Source: Hydrolagus affinis (taxonomy: Eukaryota). From it: a DNA stretch of 64,000 nucleotides. This document shows, one piece after another, positions 52,739-64,000 of this stretch. Both the position numbers and the translations under genes were made by a program. The DNA is taken from assembly GCA_012026655.1 (NCBI GenBank), contig JAAILG010000146.1, positions 62,001 through 126,000 of the forward strand, read 5' to 3'. Every line of letters starts with the position of its first letter. Position 1 is the first letter of the stretch. Below the pieces are notes generated by a model. It searched no databases and was not told the DNA's origin. It was given only the letters and a program-made list of their open reading frames with translations.

Positions 52739-53066
52739 TAATAGTAATAATCCTTGCATTTAATATAGTACCTTTCATGTCTGGATGATGTCTCAAAGCA
52801 CTTCACAGGCAATACTTTAATGTGTAGTGACTGTATTTTTGTTTAGCAAATGTGGCAGCCAATTTACGCACAGCAAAATCCCACAAACGGTCATGAAGTG
52901 AGTGAGCAATTTATTCCGCACCATGTTGCAGAGACTGCGCAAGCCCTGCTTATTTCACCCACCTATACAGAGTCAACTCACTTTACAGTATATTCTGTGC
53001 AGCGCTTTGAGATGTCTAGATGTGAAAAGCGCTATATCAAATGCAAGGATCGACTATTATTATTAT
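52739..53066. mobile_element. Two SINE 3' halves in opposite orientation (- 52739-52915, + 52951-53066)
   Basis: taataatccttgcattt... at the left end; ...aaatgcaaggatcgactattatt at the right end. Confidence 0.85.
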
Positions 53067-53103
53067 GAACAGTAAAATATTGTCATTTTCTTTCCATTTC
53101 TAG

Positions 53104-53225
53104 GATTCGCTCCACTAAGAGAGTCTTGTTGCTGGTTGGTGGGTTACCTCCGGGTCCGGATCGACTTCCGAGCAACTTAGTTCAATATTATGACGAGGAA
53201 AAGAAGACATGGAAAATCCTTACAA
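53104..53225 (+). CDS. KLHL14: KLHL14 next coding exon (start of kelch repeat 1), 122 bp
   Basis: Pyrimidine tract and acceptor ttttctttccatttctag end at 53103. The phase matches the previous exon (AG+G = Arg). Encodes (R)IRSTKRVLLLVGGLPPGPDRLPSNLVQYYDEEKKTWKILT; donor GTAGGT at 53226. Not in the ORF track. Confidence 0.95.
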
Positions 53226-54959
53226 GTAGGTGTGATTCAATGAACACCTCCATTTGTATTTGTGTGCTTCACTAGGGGCTATTATTTCAACTTATGTAAA
53301 CCATATGTAGATGCATGTGTTCAGAAGGAATAATGTGATCAACAACCAAGAAAACAATTCCAAAATTTGTACTGCTTTTCAATGAATATTAGTGAAATAA
53401 TCATGGCAAGCTGTAATTTCCTCTGTACACATGGTTTACACAATTCACATAATACAATAGTCCATGTTGTCAGAGGATTGTGGGGAGCTGATAAAAAAAA
53501 ACTCACTTTGTCATCCAGTCAGAGTGAGTAACTGTTGTAAATGTGTTTGCTGTGATTGGTAAACAACACAATTGATCACATTTTAAGAGAAACTTGACTT
53601 TTTCAACCAAAACACAAATTTGCCTGGGAACCATTTGTTCTTTAGTCTGACTCTGGTTTGTGGTTTTTCTGTGTGGCGATTGTTACTCGTGATTGATTGA
53701 CCTGGATTGAAAATAACACAGTGGGAGTTCTTAAATGAGCAAAAAGAAAAGGTGGTTTAAAACTTCCAACGACTTTCTCAATGGCACAGCAAGTGATGCT
53801 GTCGAGAATTTTGAACAATGTGCTGTTGCGCCAGAAAAATGCATCAAGTAACACCACATCTCTCCTTCTCCTGCCTGTTGGTAAAAATCCACTGTGATTT
53901 TCTGAGGTTTGCCAGTTTACTGCACAATCTGCTGCCAAATGTTTGGGCCAACCAGAAAATACATTAACATATTCACTACAAAGGAAACAAACAAGTACAA
54001 TAGATGTGTATTCACAATGTTCAGCAAACTTGCAAATCCTCAGTGAACATTTACCTTGCCATAAATAAAATGTTTCTCTGCTCTCCCACCCCCCCACCTC
54101 TCTCTCTGCCTTGGAATCTTTAAATCCTCTAGTTTCTTTGGCTTTGCCCTCACTTATTTTCAGGACTTTTCTATTACAGTCTGACTAAATGTTGAAAAGT
54201 AGCTTACTCTACCCTGTTATCTTAAAATAAGAAGTAAAGTATTTGGCAACAAAGTACTTTTTTAATACCTTCCACGTGGGACCCTTTTATTGGTACACAT
54301 TTAAAGCACTGGAGGGAAAAGCTTCCTTGCAACATTAATCAGTTGATTATAAAGAAGACAAGAAAATCAGAGGAAAGTATTGTAGCAGATAATCTAGAAT
54401 TAAACTAGAGAGAAAATGTTATTAGAGTTTCTACTTTTTTTCATACGAAAAATGAATTTTCAATACAAAACTGCACTAGTTTAGACATTTTCTTCTAACT
54501 GCAGCAATACCCTCCACTCTACTGTACTGAAATACAGTACATTGAAAATAAACAGCAAGAAGGAAAATCATGCAGAGTATTGTTGGGAAGAAAAAGTTCA
54601 GGGAGCGATAATGATCATATTGATAAAACACAGAAAGTTAACTGAGCTTTGATGTTTTAACTGATTTTATTTTTAATATGTTTCTTTTTATCGTCAGTTT
54701 TCTGTTGCATTTTTTCCGTTTGCTTTAGATTTTTTTTCTCCTGTGTGTTTTTTTAAAACAATTTGTCACATGAGGAAGAGCTCATGTTGTTGAGGCAAAG
54801 TTGGTGTCTGTCAAAATAACTTTAATAATAATAATTTTTGCAAATACTATAGCACCTTATCACATTGTCGCATTTACAGGCATTTTACTCTTAAGGTGGA
54901 TTGACTATGTATAAGGGTGCCAATTTGCACACAGCAATGTCCCAACACAGCCTTGATGT

Positions 54960-55886
54960 TCTGACAGCATGTCTGTCTGACATCGAGTCCTGACGAGGGA
55001 CAACTTCCTCCAATTGAACGTGAGCAAGACTGAGGCCCTCCTGATTGGCTCAAGCCAGCGCCTCCGCACATCGGGCGCCGCCAGCCTCAACAACCAAGGC
55101 TGTACTCTTCACCTCACAAAGCCAGTCAGGAACCTCGGCATCACGTTCGACCATAAACTCTCCTTCCTCCCCCACATCCGTGCCTTGACCGGCACCGCTT
55201 ATTTCCACCTGCGCAACATTGCCAGGCTCCGCAATTATCTCACCCCCCACGCTGCCGAAACACTCGTGCACGTGTACATCACCTCACGGCTGGACTACGG
55301 AAACTCTCCTCGTCGGCCTCCCCAGCTCCTCCATTCACAGGCTGCAGGTCATCCAAAACTCTGTAGCCCGTGTACTATCCTGCACCCGCCTCCGTGACCA
55401 CATAACCCCCACCCTCGCCCGTCTCCACTGGCTCCCCATCCTCCAGAGGATCGAGTTCAAGATCCTCGTCCTCACCTTCAAGGCCTTACACGGCCTTGCC
55501 CCGCCCTATTTATCCGATTTACTCACCCCCTATAAGCTCACCCGGACCCTCCATTCAGCAGGACTTGGCCTGCTCCAAGCCCCCCGCCCAAACCGCCCCA
55601 CCATCGGAGGCCGGGCCTTCAGTTTCTCCGCTCCCACCCTATGGAATTCCATCCCCCAATCCCTCCGCCTTGTTTCTTCACTTTCCTCTTTCAAGGCCGG
55701 TTTGAAGACTTTCCTCTTCGACCGTGCCTTTTGTTCCCCCCCCCGAACTTTTCGACCTCCCCTACGTGTTTCACCCCTTCCCGAACACTCCCCTCCCAGC
55801 TCGGGTCACACGCCTCCTGTGCAGCGCCTTGGGACGTCCTCCCGACGTGAAAGGCGCTTTATAAGTTTAAATTGTTGTTGTTGTTG
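54960..55886 (+). mobile_element. Young 5'-truncated L2 inserted in a minus-strand SINE
   Basis: ORF2 C-terminus with one evident frameshift (LNVSKTEALLIG...SRLDYGN/LLVGLP...KTFLFDRAF), many intact CpGs, (TTG)n tail; candidate TSD ttgatgt at 54953-54959 and 55887-55893. Confidence 0.95.
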
Positions 55887-57039
55887 TTGATGTGAGTGAC
55901 CAATTTTATTGGGAGGATTGTTGGCCAGGACAGAGAGAGAAAGAGAGAGAGAGAAACTCTTCTCTTAAGAATTACAGGGTCCAAAAACTTGAACAAACCA
56001 AGCAAGAAATGACATCACCCACACCTTTGACCTCTTGTTTCCACGGTGATGATTTTTGCTTCAGGCAAAAACAGGAGTCACTGGATCCCAGCAAAGAGCC
56101 AATTCATGCGAAACTTGGCAGTGTGGCAAACTGTTCGGAATAATCCGCCTGTGTTTTTTCAAGAGAAAGGTTTGGTAGATCACTGATGATTAAAGCGTCT
56201 TATTAGGCAATAAGATATGAAATACTACTTTTTTCTGTTCTTTTGACTGAAAAGGTTTTTGAACATTCCTGAGGTTTCTCTTATGTGGTGGGTTATTGTA
56301 TTACCGACTGTAGGACAGAAGGCTACAAGGTCAACCTAAATTCCTGAGATGCACTGTAGCAGAAACGTGGCGAGAGAAACAGCTGGCTCTTAACTGGAAT
56401 TTACTACCTGATTTTAGCAAAAGAATGGCAGAAAAATACATGAATTGGAACAGTCATATTTTTGTGATAATGGGAGCAGATGCTTTGGTGTAAAAATGGA
56501 CTGTGCCCAGTTTGACACCTAGAGTATTCTTATTAAAAAAATGGATGCACTATTTTTTGAAAGGAATCTTTCGCCTTAATTAAAATAAATAATGCTTGTA
56601 TAGCGCTGAACTGCAGACAAGGAATGTCCCGCTAACAGCCATGAAATTGAATGAATAGTCATGTAGAGAGAGAAGCCCTGTATTTCAGGTCACTACCAAG
56701 ACTGCGGAGAGAAGAGAGAGAGCGAGAGCCTGAGAAATCACTGAATAATGTGTATTCTTCCTGTTGGTTTTAAATTGAAAACTTTTCTCACATGTGTTAA
56801 TGGTAATGAGCAGTACGACAGGTGCCAGCCTGGAGCAGTTGGGAGCACTTGTGCCTCTATGTCAAGAGATTATGTGTTCAAGTCCAGTTTCAGGAATTTG
56901 AACTTACTAATAATAATAAAAATTGTATTTGGTATAGTATCTTTCACATCAAGAGGATGTTCCAGAGCAGGATTTACCGTGCAGTGGAGTAAATCTTGTC
57001 TATTTGTAGACAAACAGAGCAGTCCAATTGAGCCTTACC

Positions 57040-57376
57040 TTCGTCCTCACCTTCAAGGCCAGACTCAGGCCTGTTCCACTTCCACTGCCCTAACCGCCCA
57101 ACCATCGGAGGCCAGGCTTTCAGCCTCTCTGCTCCACACTGTGGAACTCCATCCCGCAGCCCCTTCACCTTGCTTCCTCCCTTTCCTCTCAAGACCTTCC
57201 TCTTCGACCGCGCCTTCGGCTCCCCCACTAACTTTTCCCCCTCTCCTTCCCGCTACCCCAACCACCCCCCCCCCCCCACTACCCCCCCGCTCGGATCCCG
57301 ACCTTACTGTTCAGCGCTTTGGGATGTCCTCTCGACGTGAAAGGCGCTTTATAAGTACAATTTTGTTGTTGTTGTT
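57040..57376 (+). mobile_element. L2 3' fragment with deletions, inside a minus-strand Deu SINE that continues to about 57640
   Basis: tcgtcctcaccttcaaggcc...cagcgctttgggatgtcctctcgacgtgaaaggcgctttataag...(ttg)n. Confidence 0.85.
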
Positions 57377-58010
57377 ACCGTGAGTGACCAGTTTCATTTT
57401 GGGAGATTGGTGGCCGGGACACTGAGAGAAACTCCCTCTCTTTTTGAGTTGTGCCACAAGTTCTTTAACATCTACCCAAACAGGCAGATAGATCCTCCGT
57501 TTAACATCTCATCCGATGCATACATCTCCAACACTGCACTGGAGTTACAGCCAAGACTGTGTGTTCCAAGCCACGATGTGGAGCTTGAACTCACAGCCTT
57601 CTGACCAGAGATGAGAGTGCTACCAATAAGCCAGACTGGGCTTATTGTCTTGGCTGGCATTGCAATACTGGGGAATGCTATACCAACCTTTAGATGAGAC
57701 GTTAAATTGAGGTCCCATCCACCTGTTTAGATGAATCCTAAAAATCCCAAGGCACTATTTCAAAAGAGAGGAGAATTGCCACCTAACGATCTGCAGCCTC
57801 AACTATTTTAGCTTTTACTCTAAAAAAAAAGGCCACTCCTGGGTCATTCAGTTACTAACAACGTCATGTCCTCCTGCTTTGCACGAGCAGAAAACAGGAA
57901 TTGACATTGGCAATGATCCTTTAACCTGAAAGTCAGCCACATATGCTTTTAACATGGAAATTGCCACATTCCAAACCACTATCAGGCTTCCCTATATGAC
58001 TTTATTAAAT

Positions 58011-58321
58011 GGAGTCATATAGCTCAGTGGTAAGAGCACTTGTCTTAAAAGCGAAAGACCTGGATTTAATTCCAGGCAGGGCGAAACCTTGGGCAAGTTT
58101 CCCTACTCCACAGGCATAATAGTAATCCCTCAAAAAAAACAATAATAAATTGGTCATTTCAATCCATAACTGTTTGAGGTCACTGCTGTGCGCGATTGGC
58201 TGCCACATTTCGCCCACATATTTACAATCAATTCACTTTACAGTATATTCTGTGAAGCGCTTTGAAACATCTGGAAGACTTGAAAAGTGCTATATCAAAT
58301 GTCAGGATTATTATTATTATT
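58011..58321 (+). mobile_element. Composite tRNA SINE, full-length short form
   Basis: ggagtcatatagctcagtgg...gaaaccttgggcaagtttccctactcc...gga(tta)n. Confidence 0.92.
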
Positions 58322-58640
58322 GGAGCCCAAACACTGTGATCGCATAGTACTGTAATATGTTCAAAGACATTGTTTTTCCTGAAGTGCTCAGATAGATGTT
58401 TTTACTGCATTTATAAATCATCTGTATTAAACTGGGATATCAGCACCCACCATTGTGGGTGGGGTGTATGCATTTCGGAACATAATATTGTTCTTTAAAT
58501 AAACAGTTGAATAGGTTTAGAAAAACAACAACTTTGATTCCAATAGTACAATACTATGTATAATTTACAATTTGTGTGGATAATATGCTCGATAGTCAAG
58601 AGGATCCCATAATTATTGCACTAACCATTCTATTGAAACT

Positions 58641-59390
58641 AACAACAAAATCAAAATTATGTTTGTGTAGGATCCTTCATTTCGTTAGGATGTTCCAATG
58701 CGTTGGGCAGACAGTACTTTAGACCCAAACTGGGGATAGGGATTGGGGAGGGGGAGGGCAGGTGGGGTTGATCAAAAGCATGGTGTCGAAGGAGCGGGCC
58801 TTGAGGTGGGTCTTGAAGGGGACAAGGGATGGGGTGAGGTGGAGGGACTGCAGTTGAGTTCCAAAGGGTAAGGCAGAGTGGCTGAAGGCCTGCCAGCTAA
58901 TGGTGGGGCAAGCAAGGCTGAGAAAGTGAAGCAGGCCAGAGCAGGCATGTTGGTAGGAGATTAAGAAGCTACAAAAGTAGGGAGCTGCTAGGTCATGGAA
59001 TGCTTTGAAGGTGAGGACCAGGATCTTGAACTATGTCCTCTGTGTGATGGGAAGCCAGTGAAATCAGGCAAGGCTGGTGGTGATATAGTCATGGAGACTA
59101 GTGCGGAAGAAGACACAGGCTGCAGAGTTCTGGATGATCTGCAGCCTGTGGAGGAAGGAGTTGGGGAGCAAGGAGATTGCATAGTCAAGCCTGGATGTTA
59201 TGAATGTGTATATGAGAGTTTTGGCGGCCTGCGGTGTGAGACAATGGTGGAACCGGGCAATGTTGCGGAGTTGGGGAAAGGCAGAGCAGGTCATGGCAAA
59301 GATGTGGGGTGAAAAGGATAAATGAGGATCGAACAGGACGCCAAGGTTCTGGACTGGCTTAGTGAAATGGAGTGTGCATCCATGGATAAT
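58641..59390 (-). mobile_element. L2 3' fragment
   Basis: SAFPQLRNIARFHHCLTPQAAKTLIYTFITSRLDY...LQIIQNSAA. Confidence 0.88.
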
Positions 59391-60306
59391 TCAGGAAGAC
59401 ATGTTGTTGCAGAAACACAGTATAGTGAGACAGCTCTCTAACTTATATCTAAGTAAAATTGTATTATTACAATTTTATTACAACTTGCTGTTGTTATTAA
59501 TATTAATAGTACAATAATAACAATCCTTGCATTTGATATAGTGTCCTTCCCATAGGTGGAGGGGGGGGGAGAACGAATGAACATCTTCGCAGGATTCACT
59601 GTAAAGTATAGTGACTGTGCATATTTCTGTAAGCGAACAAAATCTACATTTTTTTTCAAAAAAAAGGGCATGGTATGAGATATATCATGTTTTCATCTGG
59701 GAGGACAAGAAATAAAGTTAAACAAGAGGAAAATGGTTGCAGTCATCTATCACAATAAGATGATAGCTGAAGTGGGGAGTTTTGCGCTGTGTAGCTTAGT
59801 CTGAACCCCTCTGTGAGATGTGTTCCATTGTAAAGGGGTTCCAGCTTGCTTGACATTTTGACAGATGTGGTGCAACTGTACATATAACGCTTTCTGACGA
59901 AGCAGAACCCACATGAATTGTGCCCATACATTCTTGCTGGATCATATTTTGTGTCTAATCTGTTGATGGCTGACACTATGATGAGACACTGGACATAGAC
60001 CAGATTTAAAATATTTGGGTCGAATAGGTGCCTCCTGCCACGCAGCCAGCAACATCCCATCTAGTGACCAGGGATTTAAATATGCCATTGATTTCTTTTC
60101 CCGATTATCTGTCCAAAGGTTTGGCTTTAGGGCAATGAGTGTTTTCTGTGGAAGCCAGGACTATTCCGTCTTGCTGCAGCTGTACCTTTTTGCACTCTTC
60201 AAGGTACAATGACAGTTTTGTTAAGTTAATTTAGTCAAAAGCGGTTTTGTTACTTTAGGACAATAGGTTAATGGTGGTCAACTGAAAGAGAGTTTAAAGT
60301 GCAGTT

Positions 60307-60610
60307 GATTCCTGTAGCTCAGCGGTTAGAACACTCAACCTTACAAGCGGGAGATGTCAGTTCGATTCCAGGCAGGGCGAAACCTCGGGCAAGTTTCCTT
60401 ACTCCACATTCCTGATAGTAATCCCTCAAAGAAAAAAAAATTGGTCATTTCGATCCACGACTGTGTGACAGTGTTGTACACAATTGGCTGCCTCATTTCA
60501 CCCACAAAATATACGGTCAATTCACTTTACAAGATATCCTGTGAATCGCTTTGAGACATCTAGAAGACGTGAAAAGAACTACATAAAATGCAAAGATTAT
60601 CATTATCATC
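60307..60610 (+). mobile_element. Composite tRNA SINE, short form
   Basis: cctgtagctcagcggttag...gttcgattccaggcagggcgaaacctcgggcaag. Confidence 0.9.
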
Positions 60611-60823
60611 AAGGACAATTGGGGCAGATTTTTGTGTAGACACAATGACACAATTTTCACTCCATTCAGGCAACCATGTTAAAAAGCGCTTTGCAAGTGT
60701 TTACTTATAACTTACCGCTACATCAAATGCAAGGATTATTATTATTGAGGACAATTGGAGCAGGTTTTTTTTATAGGGAAACTCAGTATTTTGTACAGGA
60801 CTGGAATCTGCATAAATACCACA

Positions 60824-61570
60824 AGGTGTCCCCCAGGGCTCTGTCCTTGGCCCCCTACTTTTCAATATCTACATGCTCTCCCTTGGGACATCATCCGCAG
60901 ACTAGGGGTCAACTTCCATATGTATGCGGAAGACACCCAACTCTATCTTTCTGCCTCTACCCTTGATTCCAGGACCACTGTTGTCCTGATAGCAAGTCCT
61001 GGATGAGAGCTAACTTTGTACAGTTGAATGTCGACAAGACCAATGCTCTCCTGATTGGCTCACGCCAGCACCTTCGCATATCAAGCACTGGCAGCATGAC
61101 CTCCATGATTGCACACTCCACCTCACCAACCCGGTCAGGAACCTTGGGGGTCTTGTTCTATCCTCAACTGTCTTTCCTCCCGACATCCAAACCATGATCC
61201 GCTCTGCCTTTCCTCACCTCCACAACATTGTCCGACTGCATCACTACCTCACCCCTCAGGCCGCTGAAACTCTCATTCATGCCTTCACTTCATCCAGGCT
61301 CGATTATGCCAATACACTACTTGTCGGTCTTCCCAACTACTCCCTTCATGAACTCCATATCATCCAGAACTCTGTGGTCCGTGCCCTCTACTGCTTCAAG
61401 CTCAGTGACCCCATCTCCCCCATTCTCGCCCGATTCCATTGGCTCCCTATCACCCAGAGGATTAAATTCAAGATCCCGGTCCTCACCTTCAAAGCCCTCC
61501 ATGGCTTTTCCCCATCCTACCTCTGCGACCTCCTAACCCCCTACCAACCTGTCCAATCCCTCTGCTCACC
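60824..61570 (+). mobile_element. L2 RT fragment
   Basis: GVPQGSVLGPLLF, FHMYAEDTQLY, SRLDYANTLLVGLP and FHWLPITQRIKFKI. Confidence 0.92.
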
Positions 61571-61631
61571 AGTCACTCTCTACAGCCATCAATGGCCTGA
61601 CCCAGTTGGTTTGTTCTTCATCTTGAGGAAA

Positions 61632-62005
61632 TCATAGAATCATAGAATCTTACAGTACGAAAGGAGGCCATTCGGGCCATCGAGTCTGTGCCGGCTCTTT
61701 GAAAAGAGCAATTCAACCCCACTCCCCAGCTTTCTCCCCATAACCGTGCAAACCCGTCCTCCCCAAATAAACGTCTACCTCTCTTTTAAAAGTTGTTATC
61801 AAATCGGCCTCCACCACCTTTTCAGGCAATCCATTCCAGATTCAAACAACTCGCTGAGTGAAAAAATGTCTCCTCACCTTCCCTCTGCTTCTTTTTAAAA
61901 CTATTTTAAATCTGTGACCATGAGTCAATGATACACCCACCAGTAGAAACAGTTTTCCCCTGTTTGCCCTGTTGAATTCCCTCATGATCTTGAAATGCCT
62001 GATTA
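61632..62005 (-). mobile_element. CR1 3' end
   Basis: atcatagaatcatagaat tail repeat followed by aggaggccattcgggccatcgagtctgtgccggctc. Confidence 0.88.
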
Positions 62006-63159
62006 AATTTGGAATTCTTCAATTCCTCTGACCATTTGACAATACTCAACCAGTTGACATATTTGGTGTGCATCCAGGTTGTGTTTCACTGGTATCTTGA
62101 GAGGAATACCAAGTGTTTGGCGATGGGCTAGGGCCAACTGAAATCGATTTCTGAACAAAGTTACACCTGGATTTTGAACTGGTGTATTTTCATCAGGTCT
62201 CTTTCTCTTCCCAGACAGCATTTCCCTTTGCCCTCCCAGAACTTGTTGTGTTCCTGTGGAGAATTTCTGCTTCTTTTCCTGTATCGTATAATGCTGTTCT
62301 CAAATGGATATACAGTATATTGTGGTTCCCTTTTCACGTTATGAGAATAGAAGAAGTAACGTCATTTTGTTTTAAACCAATGACCTCTAGTTCTGCTCCC
62401 ATGATCTAAGTCAAATAGCTTGCTTACATCTACCTCATCTATGCTTCCTATCATTTTAAAGACCTGGATTACCAGTCAAAAGACCCAGACTTCATCTAGT
62501 CTTATGTCAAGCAGATCCCATTAAGTGCTATAGAACACCATATCCATCCAAGCAACTAACAGTGATGTTGGCTCATAGCCCTGCTTTAATGAAAGATGTC
62601 CTTCAGTATTTGCCAAACAGAAGAGAAATACTTTGGCATAAAGGAAAAAAACAGGGAAGCTGCCTCCATAACAAGCCTTTGTATGAAAACAACTTGTCAT
62701 TAACTCATCAGAGTATAAATCCAAGTCAGCTCAAAACAATATGATTTTCAGACAGGCATCAGGAACTGGCAGAAGTGAATTTAATCCCTTTTTAACACCG
62801 TTTCTCTTGTTGGGAAGCAAGGTGTAACACTGCACTTCAATGGAGGAAGCTTGATGAACGCTGTAATTGCATAAAAGTATTCTGAAATTCAAAGTCTTTG
62901 TGTGCTCCCATCAACCACCAATTCAAATCCATAATTGATCCCCTTTTGTTCTGACAAGCTAGACCCTGTGAAGGGCATTATAAGGACAAACTGTGGTTGT
63001 TATGGTTGTTTGGGCTCCCTCATTTTATAGGCATCATTTAAGCGAAAGGCCAGGGGTCCAGTAAATCAGCCCTGCACACCCTCTGAGGCCAGTATATCTC
63101 TCCCAAAGTTTGATGCCCAAAACTGCACACAATAATCCCAGTGCTTGTGTTAGGCAAAT

Positions 63160-63400
63160 TAGGCAAGTTCCCCCGGTTGTTAGTTAATTGGTGGATAGAA
63201 TTTCTGGGGGTAATAATCCCTTAAAAAAAGTGTGGTCACTTAATACATGACTGTTTGTGGGACACTGCTGTGCACAATTGACTGCTGTGTTTTGCCCACA
63301 AAATATGCCGTCAATTTACTTTATAGTATATTCTGTGAAGTGCTTTGAGACATCTCAAAGATATGATAAGATGCAATAATAAATGTAAATATTATTACTA
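63160..63400 (+). mobile_element. Composite SINE, partial long form
   Basis: ccggttgttagttaattgg...gtaataatccc...tgtttgtgggacactgctgtgcacaattg...tail. Confidence 0.8.
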
Positions 63401-64000
63401 TTCATAGCCGGCTGGAGTTGGGGTGTCAAACAATCTGAGTTTGAAGGAACAGGGAACAACAAGCAAGTAGTCAAATTGTGATTGATTAACAGCTGAGCGG
63501 ATGGCGAATGGGTGGAGTGCGACTCCATTCACAAGCGTCTCCAAAACTATGAATCATCTCAGCCCTGCCACAAATTGGTCTCCTTGCTTTCCAATGGGAA
63601 CAGCAATGGTTGGGTCTTCTGTGCAATAGTGAAAATTACTGAGAAAACAAAGGGAAATTAATTCAATAGTGTGTGTACTTTATTCCTTCATGAAAAATTC
63701 CAATAGTTTTTCAATAACTGAAGTTAAACTCACAGGCCTATAGTTACCTACCTTTATCCTCCCTCCCTTCTTGAATAATGGAGTGACATTTGCAATTTTC
63801 TAATCCCCAGGTACAAATCCAGAATCCAGTGAACTTTGAAAAATTTTTAGCTAATGCATCAGCAATTTCCTTGAGGAAAAATAAAATTTGGTCTCTCACA
63901 TCATGGTTATTTGTAGGACATTTCCATGTGCAAATTGGCTGCTTGTTTGCCCCCAAAACCACAGTTACTGCACTTTTCAATAAGGTAAAATGCTTTGGGA

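Noticed and set aside
55014-55890. L2 ORFs as functional genes (also 858, 8644, 9429, 36534 and 61194)
   Set aside because: 5'-truncated, deleted or frameshifted retroelement remnants without an endonuclease or complete RT.
56974-57382. Apparent TSD ttaccgtg around the 57-kb L2
   Set aside because: The left copy lies about 60 bp upstream of the L2 start, within host SINE sequence, so it is probably coincidental.
53226-64000. Further KLHL14 kelch exons
   Set aside because: I did not find the expected continuation (MPYNSAHHCVVEV-like) by eye; it is presumably downstream of the window.

Overview
Vertebrate genomic DNA, most likely from a cartilaginous fish and possibly a holocephalan (inferred from the mix of L2, CR1, Penelope and Deu-SINE repeats). 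There are three assembly gaps. The one recognisable gene is the 5' part of KLHL14 (BTB-BACK-Kelch) on the + strand: a probable non-coding exon ending at 44193, the large first coding exon (ATG 45340 to 46193) and a 122-bp exon (53104-53225). The remaining kelch exons were not found and presumably lie beyond the window. The rest is a repeat-rich upstream region and introns containing decayed L2 and CR1 LINEs, two tRNA-derived SINE families with L2-type tails, a Penelope fragment, a Tc1/mariner (pogo/Tigger-like) MITE family, and TE-free blocks that look like conserved enhancers. Nearly all other listed ORFs are TE remnants or chance. I found no convincing novel protein-coding system. The best leads are in the repeats: a modular SINE (tRNA + CORE-like + Deu-3' + L2 tail), a covarying 3' stem-loop shared by LINEs and SINEs, a Penelope hammerhead remnant and fold-back, and an inverted SINE pair next to a KLHL14 splice acceptor. 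Repeat boundaries are read by eye and approximate unless a TSD or TIR is quoted.
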